Positions 19,514 through 29,238 of a stretch of DNA of 64,000 nt are shown here, one piece after another. Below the pieces are notes generated by a model. It saw nothing but the letters and a program-made list of their open reading frames with translations. It was not told where the DNA came from and searched no databases. This DNA is from a virus. Its lineage: Duplodnaviria > Caudoviricetes. A program made the position numbers and the translations under genes. Each line of letters opens with the position of its first letter. Positions within the stretch are counted from its first letter, which is position 1. The stretch spans positions 1 to 64,000 of the IMG/VR virus record IMGVR_UViG_3300036783_000080; one strand, 5' to 3'.

Positions 19514-21231
19514 CTACATGCTCATAGTAGTCTTGATGTTTTTGAATCTCATCCATTTTTTCGGTGCGTATACCTGTGTCTTCACATAAGTTCGCTAGTC
19601 CTTATGCCGTTCTCTTATGAACTGCTGTATGTCGCCATACAGAGGAGACTATATCACCACCTTCAGCTTTACCTGTTCAGGTGACTCTGCATTTCCACTC
19701 GCTTGAGTGTACTCCCAACCATGGGATAGTCGTTAGGCTTTTATCACTTTTCAGTGAATTTAGCACGGTAGGTTGTCTCTTCTCAGAGATTTTCCCCGTT
19801 TAACAGAGTTTCTTCGACTAACATTTCTGCTAGAAGGTACTATGCCGCAATCGTGTCATTGACAGATTCCTGCGTTAATACTGGTACACCGTATAACAGA
19901 ATCATCCAACGGTAAGAAGGAGACAATGTTGCTAAGTCCATCTTCATCATAGGAGCTAACTGTTTGAACGCAAGAACTTGCTCGTTCATTTCACCCATGA
20001 AAGCAGTGAATGTGTTCGGCATAGTTTCGTTACGGTCAACGAATGTTGTAACAGTTCCAGGAGCAGCTTGAGCAGCAGCGAAGCGGTCAATTTCAAAGAA
20101 TCGAGTTCCGTTTGCTTCAGTACGGTAAACACGGAAGTATTCCGTTGGGTACTGAGTTGAAGCTGCGCTTGTGATTGTGATTGTATGAGATTTATTTAAG
20201 TCTCCATCGCCAATTATTAAGTCAGCAGAGAATACTGGAGCAGACTCACCATGACGGTTACAAGCTGTAACTGCATATTTGTAAGTACCTTTACCAGAGT
20301 TATAGAACTCACCATCTTGAGTGTTATTAGTACCAATAGCACCAATAGTAGCAGAAGCTGGAAGAGCAGGAGCTTTCGCAGAGTTTGCTGTCATATTTAA
20401 TGCTTTTGTACGTTTTAAGAAGATATCTGGAGTGAAGTTGACTTTACCACCTTGAGTTTGGAATTGGTCAACGATAACACCAGCAGAATATCCTTGTTGT
20501 GTTGGCATGATAACACGCTCTTTAGGGAAGAACTCTTGAGAGAACTGAGCATGAACTTCGAATGGTAAGAAGATATCAGTTGGAATACCATAGTTATCCA
20601 CAATCATCTGAGCTCCCCAGTTCATGTGACGCTCTTCAAGTGGGTTACCTTTCATGTTGATAGTGTTTTCTGGGTCAATCATGTTATCTAAACCATCAAA
20701 CTCAACATATTCTTTTCCACCAGGAGCAAGTTTTGAGTTACCCCAGAATAAACCATGCTCAAGTTTCTTAAGCATCCATAAAATACCATCTTGGTTATAA
20801 CGAGAAACTACATCACCATGAGCACTATTTACTAATGTCATTTGGTGAGATACTTCACGAGTAGTACCAAGGAATTTTACGAACGCAGCTTGGCGTTGGT
20901 ATTGAGAATCTTCAGTATCTGGTAATTGACCTTCAGGAATGAACCCGCCGCCTTCAGAACCGTAACTGATTAATTGGTTGTACTCTTCAACAGTGTTTGT
21001 AGCTGTTAATTTTGGAATACGTTTCCAGAATTGAATGTGTTGTTCAGAGTAAGTAAGAACTTTTAAACTATTTTCAAGAGATTCAACACGGAACGCTCCA
21101 CCATTGGATTGCGTTTCAGGTGTCGTAGCATAACCTGCTTCCAAGGCTTTGCTTAAGTTATCCAATTCTGCTCCAGATGACATACCGAAGCCAGATTGCA
21201 TGTTACTTCCAAATTGATTTAAAGTATCCAT
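19514..21231 (-). CDS. major capsid protein, spliced: join(21231..19878, 19572..19514), 470 aa
   Basis: GGAFRVESLE, TVEEY and EFDGL capsid motifs; the expected C-terminus ...LYGVPVL-YAPKKWMRFKNI is recovered only after removing 19573-19877. Confidence 0.9.
19573..19877 (-). ncRNA. group I self-splicing intron (305 nt, no internal ORF)
   Basis: Exon ends in U (CCAGUAU) and intron ends in G (GACACAGG); P7 pair GACUA/UAGUC in AACGACUAU and GAUAUAGUC; P/Q-like AAACGGGGAAA and UACCGUGCUAAA; removal restores the reading frame. Confidence 0.88.
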
Positions 21232-21255
21232 AAAGCACCTCCATGGGTTATTAGA

Positions 21256-21996
21256 TTAGTTATTTTCAATTAGGTCTTTAACATGTAAAGACATTTGGCC
21301 AGTTGACTCATATTTAACAACGTCATTCACGGTAATACCTTGAATGCCCTTCATAAGCATGTTAGACATTTTAGCTAACTTTTCGCCTTTAGAAAGTTCT
21401 TGTGGTTGGTTACCTTGAGCCTGAGGTGTATCTAAGCCAGCACTGTGGTTGAATCCTTTTTCGATAACAGTTACTGCAGCTTTGCGTGGTACTGGTTGTT
21501 TTTCAACATCGTCCACACGTCCTTGTAAGGACTTGATCAATTCAGCTTGTTGATTGATTGTGTTAACTAACGTTGATTGAGATGTTAGCACAGCTTGTAA
21601 ACCTTTTGAAAGAACTTCGTTTACACGAGCACTACCTTCAAGTGATTTAGAAAGTTCTGCACGAAGACCATCAATCGCACCAGCACTCACATTAGCAAAC
21701 TCAGAAAGGAAGTCTGACGCATCAATAGATTTAGAGATAACTTCATTATCATCTAATTCCTCACGGAAACTCTTTTTAGTGTCTTCTTCTTCTTTCTTTG
21801 GAGCTTCTTTTTTAGCAGGAGCTTTGTCATCAGTTTCAGGAGCAGCGTCATTTTCTTCAGCCACTTCGCCTGACTTCACTTCTTCACCTTTTTTGATTTC
21901 ATCACCAGCAGGAGCTGCTTGTGATTTTAAAAGCTCTTCAGCCTGCCCTTCAAGAGCATCTAAAGATTTAGACAAATCTGTTTGAACTTTAGTCAT
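21256..21996 (-). CDS. capsid scaffolding protein
   Basis: 246 aa, acidic and coiled-coil, between protease and capsid; multiple (L/I)xKS motifs. Confidence 0.7.
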   Translation of the reverse strand: MTKVQTDLSKSLDALEGQAEELLKSQAAPAGDEIKKGEEVKSGEVAEENDAAPETDDKAPAKKEAPKKEEEDTKKSFREELDDNEVISKSIDASDFLSEFANVSAGAIDGLRAELSKSLEGSARVNEVLSKGLQAVLTSQSTLVNTINQQAELIKSLQGRVDDVEKQPVPRKAAVTVIEKGFNHSAGLDTPQAQGNQPQELSKGEKLAKMSNMLMKGIQGITVNDVVKYESTGQMSLHVKDLIENN

Positions 21997-22013
21997 TCAA
22001 ACACACCTCCAAG

Positions 22014-22757
22014 TTATATTGTTTTATTGATAATATCCAGAGCTTGTTGTCTTGACAAACCCTTAGATAATTGTAAAAACACGACTGCTTCTGACTTAGA
22101 AACTGTTTGCCCGTTAGCCATGTTTGATTTAACTTGTTGCCAGAAATTGAAGTTATCTAAGTTCTCGGCAAGTTGTTTAATCTGACATTCAATGCTTTCA
22201 GTTCTATGAGCACCCCCACCAGATTGTTCTAGCGGCGATGTTGCATATCCAGCTTCTAACGATTTAGACATTCCACCAGAGCTAAAGGACTTTACTACAG
22301 CTTCCCAGGTAGCATTAGTATTCACGGGACTAGGAGTGATTGCGCAGTGATAAATCTTCGCTTTCACAATTTTGTCTCCTTGACGTTCTAACACTTTACC
22401 TTCAACAGAGAAGCCAAGTTTTCTTGGAGCATTTGATTTCTTCAAAGCAACTGCAGTTTCCCACATCCACTTCGCTTTCTCAACGTGCTTCAATAACTTT
22501 CCTTCAACCCAAAGACCATGGTCATCAACTCTCGTGTTTTCCGTAGGATAACCAAGAATTTCTGCGCTGTTATGGTCATAATTTAAATATCCATAATTTA
22601 CGAAGTCAGTTATATCTAGTCCTTTTTGAACCAGACTTTCACCTTGTCTGTCTTGGTCAGGAGTTGAAGCATATCCTTGAATATACCATTCACCCTCATC
22701 CTGAGACTTGACTAAGTCAACATCAGCATCGACTCGGAATTTGAAAGTATCTTGCAT
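22014..22757 (-). CDS. prohead protease
   Basis: IQGYASTPDQDRQGE, LNYDH, LGFSVEG and AITPSPVN motifs. Confidence 0.88.
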   Translation of the reverse strand: MQDTFKFRVDADVDLVKSQDEGEWYIQGYASTPDQDRQGESLVQKGLDITDFVNYGYLNYDHNSAEILGYPTENTRVDDHGLWVEGKLLKHVEKAKWMWETAVALKKSNAPRKLGFSVEGKVLERQGDKIVKAKIYHCAITPSPVNTNATWEAVVKSFSSGGMSKSLEAGYATSPLEQSGGGAHRTESIECQIKQLAENLDNFNFWQQVKSNMANGQTVSKSEAVVFLQLSKGLSRQQALDIINKTI

Positions 22758-22840
22758 TATGGTTCACCTCCTTTAACCCACAAGGTGATATTGAACAATT
22801 CTGAAAACAATATATACAAAGCTTTGAAGATATTTTAAAT

Positions 22841-24496
22841 TCAATCAATAAATTCAAAACTAATAAACTTTGTTTCTGACTTGTTTACATCATCGTCCTT
22901 TTTCTCATCCTTGGGTTTATCTGTGGTTTTCTGTTTGTCAGTTTGAACATCTTCTTTGTCTTCCTTATCTTCTTTGTCGTCATTGTTATTAAAGTCCTGT
23001 CCAAATCCGCCATTCTGCTTCATCATCTCTTGCTGTGCTTGTGCGTTTTTCATAGACACATAGTTAGGGTCAAGGATAATGTCACCGCCTTCTAACGGTG
23101 GTAAGTCTTCCTCTTTACGGATTTCATTTACAGTTTTGAATACTTTAACTTGTTTTTGTTGTAAGTCTACAATCTCACTTTCAGACTTCGCATCAATACC
23201 AACGAATGTGAAGACAAATCTATTATCAAAACGAGATACGATGTACTTGTTGATTAACATCTCAATGAAACGTAATAATGGACGCAATCCTTTATCTTTG
23301 GAATGTTGTAAACGGTCTTCAATTCCACCATTTCCAAGTCCTCCTCCACCAGTGTTTCCAGCTCCACCACGGTTTGGGAAGTTAATTTCAGCTGGGTCAA
23401 CTTGGTATACTGCGCAGGCAATATTGATAAGGTAGTTCATCCACTTCTCAAATTCCATCTCTCTGTTTGATTGAGACACGTTAATGTACTCAACTCCATC
23501 AACAGAAATAACAGGCGTTTTCCAAGCTCCTGTCATACCAGATACTTGGGAAAGCCATTGACGTTTAAATGATTCTAATTGTTGACGTTGTAGTCCTTCG
23601 CCTTGAGTTGGCTTTAAGTTCAAGATACCTTTCGTTGTCCCACCTTGAGAGAAGAAACGTGAGTTGTATTGTTCAGCCCATAAGTGAGATGTAACTTGAT
23701 GAATTAACATTTCTAATTCACTGAATCCATAAGGAGCAATATTGATATCTGTTCTTGGGTTTGCTACACCGAAAGCCATTTCATTGGCTGTAAAATAAGT
23801 TTGTATTGAGCCATTGATTAACTGAACATATTTAATCTCTTCTCCACGTTTCAACCCTGCTTCCTTCCAGTTAGTTGTTTCATTCAGATGTTCGGTAGCC
23901 ACTCGGATTGTTGAAGCATCAATCGCATAAAATTCAGCTGGTCTACCTTTTCTGTCTGGAACAACCTCAAAACAAGTTTGGTCAAAGATAAGTCTGTCAC
24001 GTACAATTTTACGTACAAATGTATCAAAGTCGTCACGCTCATTGTCATCATTGTATCCAGTATTCTCCAGAAACTTTTCGATAGCCAGAATTGTCTTTTC
24101 GTCCTCTTTCGATGGAGTTTCATTTGGGTCACGAAGAGATATTTCATAACCAACCCCAGAACGGTCAAAACGAGCTGGACGTGTAAAGGAAGATACCTGG
24201 TTCACACGTGTTGTTAATATAGAAGCAATAACTGCGTTTCTTGAAGCCATTCTTCGCAGAACATCATAAGACAGTGAATAAGGTCTGTCTTTGAATCCCA
24301 TTGCATTTACAAGTCCCAATGGGTCTTCTAAGTATGCTTTTTGCTCTCTCACTGCCTGACTCTTTTGTAAATTCATTGCACCAACTTGGCTAATGTCATC
24401 CATAAACATTGGTTCTGATTTCATCATATTTGCGTCAATGGGTTGCATACCGTTCAGAGAACGATATGCGTCACCCAGCTTGGAAAATAATCCCAA
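22841..24496 (-). CDS. portal protein
   Basis: FVRKIVRD, YNSRFFSQGGTTKGIL, SKDKGLRPLL and TVNEIR motifs; probable start TTG 24496 after GGAGGTG. Confidence 0.9.
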   Translation of the reverse strand: MGLFSKLGDAYRSLNGMQPIDANMMKSEPMFMDDISQVGAMNLQKSQAVREQKAYLEDPLGLVNAMGFKDRPYSLSYDVLRRMASRNAVIASILTTRVNQVSSFTRPARFDRSGVGYEISLRDPNETPSKEDEKTILAIEKFLENTGYNDDNERDDFDTFVRKIVRDRLIFDQTCFEVVPDRKGRPAEFYAIDASTIRVATEHLNETTNWKEAGLKRGEEIKYVQLINGSIQTYFTANEMAFGVANPRTDINIAPYGFSELEMLIHQVTSHLWAEQYNSRFFSQGGTTKGILNLKPTQGEGLQRQQLESFKRQWLSQVSGMTGAWKTPVISVDGVEYINVSQSNREMEFEKWMNYLINIACAVYQVDPAEINFPNRGGAGNTGGGGLGNGGIEDRLQHSKDKGLRPLLRFIEMLINKYIVSRFDNRFVFTFVGIDAKSESEIVDLQQKQVKVFKTVNEIRKEEDLPPLEGGDIILDPNYVSMKNAQAQQEMMKQNGGFGQDFNNNDDKEDKEDKEDVQTDKQKTTDKPKDEKKDDDVNKSETKFISFEFID

Positions 24497-24510
24497 GGAA
24501 TCCACCTCCA

Positions 24511-27114
24511 CTATTTTGAAATACGAGTTATATCAATCCACAGTTTTGGAAGTACAGCTTTCTCCTCCTTAACTGCCCATTCTCTATTTAATACATTTGG
24601 TTTATCCATGAATAATGTATCAGTTCCATTTTTATCAAGCATTCTCGTGTTGACTCCTGAATCTCTTATTTTAGATTCTTCAACTTTACCAAGAGAAGCT
24701 TTACAAAGTAAAAGAACACCAGAAGACTGTCCCCTGCTGAAGTCTCTTGAAGAATATTGAGCTGATTTTGAAGAGTTCTCTGCAAGATAAACTCCATCAC
24801 CCAACATACGTCCAGCCTTCACATTCGTCTTCGTTACAACGAATTGACCAGATTCTCCAAATATCTTTTGAGATGCCCAATAGTCTGTACCATGATAATA
24901 ATAGTCTGTATGGTTACGAGCATCATCAATCTTCTGGAACTCATCTTCATAGTGCATGTGTTTGATTCTGAACACGTTATTAACTTTAATATCGAAAGAT
25001 GCATGGTTTCGTTTGTCATGCGTTGCTTCAACTCTATCTTTTATCTTTTCTTGTTCGGCTGCTGGAACTGCTCCCAATGTTGTTTTAATCTTTTCTTTTG
25101 CCTTTTCTGGCGTTGGATATTCAAGTTTGTCTAACTGTTTGTAATCCTTATCTCGGAAGGATTCATGAAGAGTTCTATTAAACTTATCAGCATTTTTGTT
25201 ATCTTTGGCTTTCATTGCTTCTTTCAGTTTTGTTCTTTCTGTACCAGATGCATTAAAGAGAGCTGCTTGTCTCATTAGTATCTCTTTGAAACTTACAGAA
25301 GACATTTCTTTCTCAGATACAGGTTCAAGGTGACCATAGTTTTGCACACCTACATAACTGTTAAGAGTGTTGTAAGTATGCTGGTAGATGACCATGTTTT
25401 TAGCAACCCATCTTGCATCCTTCGTTGTCATTGGTTTTAAGTCCTTAATAATCGCATCAACAGAAGAGTTGAGTTTGTTTATGTCTAACTCGTACTCAAC
25501 AGGAATGCCAGGCTTTTTCGTAGAACTTTCTTTCAGAAGTCTAGACGCTTCACCAAAAGCTGACCAGTCAACGACTTCTGCTAGGAAGTTGTCTTTTCTT
25601 CGTCTTGAACTCATTGCGTTACATTCTATCTCGATTGCTACAGAGAATGCATTAAGAATCTCTTGTTTGGTAACAGTTCCCTGCTCATACTTCTGTTGGA
25701 TGTTTGTGATAGGAGATAAACCTGTTGAGCCTAATGCTGCAGAAGCCGCTCTCACAATATCCGTTGATGCTCCAGTCATGTCTATAAACTTCCCTAAAAC
25801 AGAAGCCGACTCACTTACACTAGCATTTGGGTCAAGGAGGTTGTCCATTCCAAGTTTAACCCACAGTTTGTTAGCTTTGATTTTCCCTTTAGCGTTATCA
25901 CGTAGATGGTCGCTCATTCTTGACATGATGTCGTATTTTGACACCTTGCTGATAGATACTGTGTGAAGGTCTTTTTGAATGAACTCAACTGTGTCTTTAA
26001 TAGCTTGCATTCCTGTTACACCCTCTCTCAAAGCATCAGAACTATGATTTTTCACGAACGTTCTCATGTCCTTTTTGAGAGTGTTGAGTTTATCTTCTTC
26101 GCCAACGTTAGCAAACATCGCTTTAACTCCGTTACTTCCACGACTTCTCCAAGCTATGTCAAAGATTCCTGCGTCACTGATTGGATTGACTGTTCCAGCT
26201 CTTTCCTTGGCTATTCTGTTAATCGCTTCAACAACTCGTTTTGAAAGTCCATAGTCTTCACCGCTTTGAGTGATTTCAAATTTTCCTTCTTCAACAAGTT
26301 TCAGAAGATATGACATTGCTTCAGGAGATTCTGGCATAATTCCTGTATGAATTGCTATCGCCTTATGAATTGGATTGGCATCTTCATACGCCTTTTCAAA
26401 AGAGCTTTCTTTATATTTAGACTTTGGAACTGTAACTGCTGGTTTGTCATCTTTCTTCTTTTTACCTGCTGGAACAGTTACTTGTGATTGACTATTTGAA
26501 CTTGATTTACCACCAACACCATCGAATGTTCCGCCACTCTCAAGGTGAGAACGTAATGCCATGAACGCACGCATTTTGTTTATACCTTTATGAGAATGCT
26601 CGTTCCAAGTTAGTCCTGATTGTTTAATTTTATCAACCATCTGGTCTGAACCATGTTTCTTTGTCAACTCTTTAATAGCCGCTTTTGCGTCATCAGTTGA
26701 CATTAGTGCTCCTTTAGCGGCTGTGCTTGCTGCAGGTTTATTCGCTGGGACTGTTGGAGTTGCTTGGCCAGGTGTCGAACTAATAAGACTTTTTGCTGAC
26801 ATCAAAGCACGCATCCAGTTGATTCCTTCATGCGTACTCTTATTCCATGACGCTCCCATGTCCTTTTCTAAGTGTGTTAGGAGCGCTTCCTTCAGTACTT
26901 TCTTCTCAGATGGGTCTTTTATCTTGTTAATTCGTTTCACTTCATCGTCAATGTCTTGCGTGCTTTTAAAACTCCACGTAGGAACTTGAACATGTTGTGT
27001 TTGATTTTTAATCTTAGAAACTTGGTTTGGATTAATGTAAACTGTTGTAATAAAACTTCTACCATTTCTCATTACCTGTCTTTGTACAGGAACTAAACCT
27101 TGTTTACCAGCCAT
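24511..27114 (-). CDS. 867-aa protein with C-terminal PARP-family (H-Y-E) ADP-ribosyltransferase domain
   Basis: YYYHGT...GRMLGDGVYLAENSSKSAQY...GVLLLCKASLG...LNREWAV aligns by eye with the PARP catalytic signature. Confidence 0.8.
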   Translation of the reverse strand: MAGKQGLVPVQRQVMRNGRSFITTVYINPNQVSKIKNQTQHVQVPTWSFKSTQDIDDEVKRINKIKDPSEKKVLKEALLTHLEKDMGASWNKSTHEGINWMRALMSAKSLISSTPGQATPTVPANKPAASTAAKGALMSTDDAKAAIKELTKKHGSDQMVDKIKQSGLTWNEHSHKGINKMRAFMALRSHLESGGTFDGVGGKSSSNSQSQVTVPAGKKKKDDKPAVTVPKSKYKESSFEKAYEDANPIHKAIAIHTGIMPESPEAMSYLLKLVEEGKFEITQSGEDYGLSKRVVEAINRIAKERAGTVNPISDAGIFDIAWRSRGSNGVKAMFANVGEEDKLNTLKKDMRTFVKNHSSDALREGVTGMQAIKDTVEFIQKDLHTVSISKVSKYDIMSRMSDHLRDNAKGKIKANKLWVKLGMDNLLDPNASVSESASVLGKFIDMTGASTDIVRAASAALGSTGLSPITNIQQKYEQGTVTKQEILNAFSVAIEIECNAMSSRRRKDNFLAEVVDWSAFGEASRLLKESSTKKPGIPVEYELDINKLNSSVDAIIKDLKPMTTKDARWVAKNMVIYQHTYNTLNSYVGVQNYGHLEPVSEKEMSSVSFKEILMRQAALFNASGTERTKLKEAMKAKDNKNADKFNRTLHESFRDKDYKQLDKLEYPTPEKAKEKIKTTLGAVPAAEQEKIKDRVEATHDKRNHASFDIKVNNVFRIKHMHYEDEFQKIDDARNHTDYYYHGTDYWASQKIFGESGQFVVTKTNVKAGRMLGDGVYLAENSSKSAQYSSRDFSRGQSSGVLLLCKASLGKVEESKIRDSGVNTRMLDKNGTDTLFMDKPNVLNREWAVKEEKAVLPKLWIDITRISK

Positions 27115-27128
27115 TTAACAACAACTCC

Positions 27129-27422
27129 TTATTTGTCCTTTTTAACACTGATGTTTTCTTTTGGCTTTTCAATATTGTGTATGATTAGAGACACAACTTC
27201 TTCCCCTGGGTCTGTAACAGGATATGGACTCTTGACATCAGGTCTTGAATCAGCCCATTCACACTCTACCCCGTCACCTTGAAGAGAGCCAGCAAACATA
27301 GGACAAGTTTTACAGTGGTCTGTAATGTGTTCACCGTCAAGTTTTACGACTCCAGCCAATTGTCTACAGTAAACATGACCTGTCTCTGTTGCATAGTTTA
27401 AATGGTTTACTAAATTTTTCAT
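27129..27422 (-). CDS. small Cys-rich hypothetical protein
   Basis: 97 aa with C...HCKTCP...CEW; its start overlaps the MuF-like stop codon. Confidence 0.6.
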   Translation of the reverse strand: MKNLVNHLNYATETGHVYCRQLAGVVKLDGEHITDHCKTCPMFAGSLQGDGVECEWADSRPDVKSPYPVTDPGEEVVSLIIHNIEKPKENISVKKDK

Positions 27423-28300
27423 TTCTTATTTCCTCCTTTTAGTCCAACATATTCAAGTTCTCCTGTTGAATCGAAATCAAATCCATCAGGCATAACCGCT
27501 AGTGGACAATTACAGTTTGGATGAGTAACTCCGACAATCGGCTGCCAGTCAGCTACTTTCTTTCCAACGTTATCTCCATTAGCCATTAAATCACTTAGTT
27601 TGAATAACTTTGGAGTCATTTGGTCTGACTTTAAATATAACCGTTTGCAGTGAGAACATCCGTCTGGTGCTGGTCTTCTGAATACAATTGTATCTCCTCT
27701 TTTTGTATTCGAGTAGATTGAATCACCTTGAAGAATTGTAATAACTTCCCCTTGTAATCTCGCATCCCAAAGTTCCGTATGCGCAACCCTCTGCCAATCT
27801 CTCTTCCAGTCTCCTGTCTCGTGTCCTAAATCACTGGCTAGTTGTCCCCTAGTCTTTTGTTTAAGGACTCCTTGAGCAACTGTATCATTTATGATATCTC
27901 GTTCAACTACCTTCAAATTAACAGCCTGAGATTGATTGTTAATTTTAGACATAATTGCGTTAGTCATCTTCTGTCCTAATCCTGTAACATATCTAGCGGC
28001 GTTATGCTTTGCGTAGTTCAATGAATTTCTTTCAACTGTAGAAAGTGAATACTCTTGAGCCTTTTTCTTCAGTTCATCGAAAGTCATTTTCTTTATATCG
28101 TTTTCATCAAGGAGCTGAACAAGTTTACCTAAAATAAAAGAGCTTTGAATCATTGAAGCTGTATCTGATGGAAGTTTTAACTTCGCTAACAACTTTGAGT
28201 CTACATTTCCTTGTCCTGTCGCTGTCTTCAGAATAACTCCTACGTGACTTTCAATAATCTCTGTTATTTTCTTGATTTGGTCTTTCGTTAATAAGTCCAT
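27419..28300 (-). CDS. MuF/SPP1 gp7-like head morphogenesis protein
   Basis: RDWQRVAHTE, CSHCKRL and HPNCNC motifs; start moved to ATG 28300 (GGAGGG RBS). Confidence 0.75.
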   Translation of the reverse strand: MDLLTKDQIKKITEIIESHVGVILKTATGQGNVDSKLLAKLKLPSDTASMIQSSFILGKLVQLLDENDIKKMTFDELKKKAQEYSLSTVERNSLNYAKHNAARYVTGLGQKMTNAIMSKINNQSQAVNLKVVERDIINDTVAQGVLKQKTRGQLASDLGHETGDWKRDWQRVAHTELWDARLQGEVITILQGDSIYSNTKRGDTIVFRRPAPDGCSHCKRLYLKSDQMTPKLFKLSDLMANGDNVGKKVADWQPIVGVTHPNCNCPLAVMPDGFDFDSTGELEYVGLKGGNKK

Positions 28301-28374
28301 TTCTTTTCCCTCCAAATTGAAAAAGGTGAAGAACATTCTCTTCACCTTAATATCTTCATTACAACAAGTATTCT

Positions 28375-28587
28375 TTATTTTTCAGATATAACATCATTGA
28401 TTTCCTTCATCATATTGTTCAACACTCTGTCAAATACTTCATTGGAATCCTTGCGGATTGATTCTGAAAGTTTGTCAGGGAAGAACTGCTTTGGCTCCTC
28501 ACGATTTTTCTTGACATTCTTCAGAGCCTTTTCCAACGTTTCCTCTAGTTCAACAGGATTAAGGTTGTGAGATACTTTAACCGACAA
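28375..28587 (-). CDS. hypothetical protein
   Basis: 70-aa ORF with GGAGGTG RBS at the end of phoH. Confidence 0.55.
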   Translation of the reverse strand: MSVKVSHNLNPVELEETLEKALKNVKKNREEPKQFFPDKLSESIRKDSNEVFDRVLNNMMKEINDVISEK

Positions 28588-28590
28588 CGG

Positions 28591-29238
28591 TTACACCTCC
28601 ATTTCGTCAGCCCATTTAGAAAGTTCACCACGGAAGTTCTTTGTTAATTCGCAAACTTTGCACCAAGGTCTAGTAGCAAAGTGTTCAATTAGGTAAGTGA
28701 ATCCACTCATTGATGGTACTTTTAAGTCAATCTGTCCATCATGACCAATTACAACAACAATGTTACTATCGTGAATACGAGTTAACATTTTCTTTAATTC
28801 AGCTTTTGTCCAGTTCTGAGCTTCATCGATGATAATAAAAGCATCTTTTAAGTTTGTTCCACGCATGAAGATATGAGAACGTGGATACACCCAAACGTTA
28901 CCATTCTTGATGTTTTCAATATTTTCAGGACTGTCGATGACTCTGGCTGGGTCTTCGTTAATTTCCAGTAATGCGTCTTTTAGTGGCTGCGTGTAGTCTA
29001 GTTCCTTTTCATATTGTTTTCCTGGTCGGAATCCCATTTTGCCTTCTTCAACAGGAGAGAACACATAATATAAGTCTCTCTTAAGAATCTTAGCACAACC
29101 CACAGCAATAGTCGTCTTACCAGTTCCTGCTTTCGCATTCGCAATAGTCATACGATTATCATGAATTGAATCAGCATAAATTCTTTGTTCTTCAGTGAGT
29201 TCTAAACCATAAAACATTGAGTTAACATCTAAAGGCAT
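28591..29238 (-). CDS. phoH: PhoH-like ATPase
   Basis: AKAGTGKT Walker A, MGFRPG, FMRGTNL, IIIDEAQN, LTRI and GHDGQID motifs. Confidence 0.9.
   Translation of the reverse strand: MPLDVNSMFYGLELTEEQRIYADSIHDNRMTIANAKAGTGKTTIAVGCAKILKRDLYYVFSPVEEGKMGFRPGKQYEKELDYTQPLKDALLEINEDPARVIDSPENIENIKNGNVWVYPRSHIFMRGTNLKDAFIIIDEAQNWTKAELKKMLTRIHDSNIVVVIGHDGQIDLKVPSMSGFTYLIEHFATRPWCKVCELTKNFRGELSKWADEMEV

Noticed and set aside
19425-19556. N-terminal extension of the HNH ORF
   Set aside because: Overlaps capsid exon 2, the terminator and the promoter; the RBS supports ATG 19424
19840-19877. ORF-track C-terminus of the capsid protein (TQESVNDTIAA*)
   Set aside because: Read-through into the intron; the conserved C-terminus is in exon 2
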